Source of the DNA: Camelus dromedarius
Lineage: Eukaryota
Direction: 5' to 3'
Length of the DNA: 64,000 nucleotides
Assembly (NCBI RefSeq): GCF_036321535.1
Contig: NC_087447.1
Span: 40,612,001-40,676,000, forward strand
Both the position numbers and the translations under genes were made by a program. The notes below the pieces were generated by a model that saw nothing but the letters and a program-made list of their open reading frames with translations, did not search any database and had not been told where the DNA came from. Positions 63,351-64,000 of the stretch are shown here, in pieces (the stretch's first letter is position 1; every line of letters begins with the position of its first letter).

Positions 63351-64000
63351 CGCTTATAGATATTTGTGGGTAATAGGAATAATTCACACTATGGCTCATT
63401 GGTTTTGTTTGTTTGCCTCCATGCTCCCCAGGGATGTTAAGAAGCAAACGGCTCTGTGGGTGTTTTACTGAAGGTTTTCCTTTCTGTCCCCATGTGTTCA
63501 GAAGTGCTCCTCGGAGCTCTGCCCACTTCATTCACTGGTGAGAATGTGACCAGTTGAGATGTCTTAGAAAACAGGCACCGGTCTCTCTTGTAGCATATGC
63601 CATCAGCTTCCCATCCACAGATAATGTGATGTCTCCCTGGTTCCTGTTTACTTTGATTTCCCTTTTTTTAAGACTATAAAATGCAAGCTGTCCTCTTGTG
63701 TTTGTGGGGATTTTTTTCTTTCCTGGACATAACTTCCGGGCCTTTCTTGGCACAGCAGAGTGTCTATCTTTGAGCTTCCTGTGCCTGTCCCCAACTGTTG
63801 GCAGGACAATTTGCTTCAATTTTATTGCCTCTGGCCACTTGTCCTGCCTTTTGGAACCAAGTCCCTGGAATTCAGGGGCCACTTCTTCTCCTACTTCCCC
63901 TCTTTGCTTCTCTCTGTGTGTCCTCTTTTCTCCTCTCCTCCTGGCTGCACTCTTCAAAGCTTACAATGTCTGTAGCCAGTCAGCTCGTGGTGCCATTTCT

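Larger units (their letters stand above)
37694..64000 (+). other. GALNT18: GALNT18 intron 1 (continues beyond window)
   Basis: GT donor at 37694. No sequence encoding the expected next residues (EAPAKPEE..., recalled) was found downstream. Confidence 0.85.

Noticed and set aside
1..64000. CRISPR array, prokaryotic operon, intact retrovirus or novel multi-gene system
   Set aside because: No regularly spaced repeat-spacer array, no gag/pol/env remnants recognised, and no long coding ORFs. The window is ordinary mammalian intergenic and intronic DNA around one exon.

Overview
Mammalian genomic DNA, most likely camelid: two tRNA-derived Vic-1-like SINEs with an 'AATAAACCTAATTACC' tail, a camelid-looking L1 3'UTR, a Tigger1 MITE, and no Alu, BovB/Bov-tA or PRE1 seen. 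The only protein-coding sequence I can support is coding exon 1 of GALNT18 (+ strand, 37459-37693, phase-1 GT donor) inside a CpG-island promoter. About 37 kb is upstream intergenic DNA and about 26 kb is intron 1; exon 2 is not in the window. The rest is mostly decayed transposable elements (L1, L2, MIR, MLT1, Tigger, Charlie/MER) and microsatellites. I see no evidence of a new multi-gene system, and the other ORF-track entries are L1 remnants or noise. The best leads are regulatory: two upstream ATGs (one overlapping the CDS out of frame), a perfect promoter G-quadruplex motif, a strong CTCF motif, and a cryptic exon/microexon cluster about 1.1 kb into intron 1. There is also an apparent ortholog of the human MIR4299 locus with a diverged seed. 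Repeat subfamily names and human comparisons come from recalled consensus sequences, not searches, and old-repeat boundaries are approximate.
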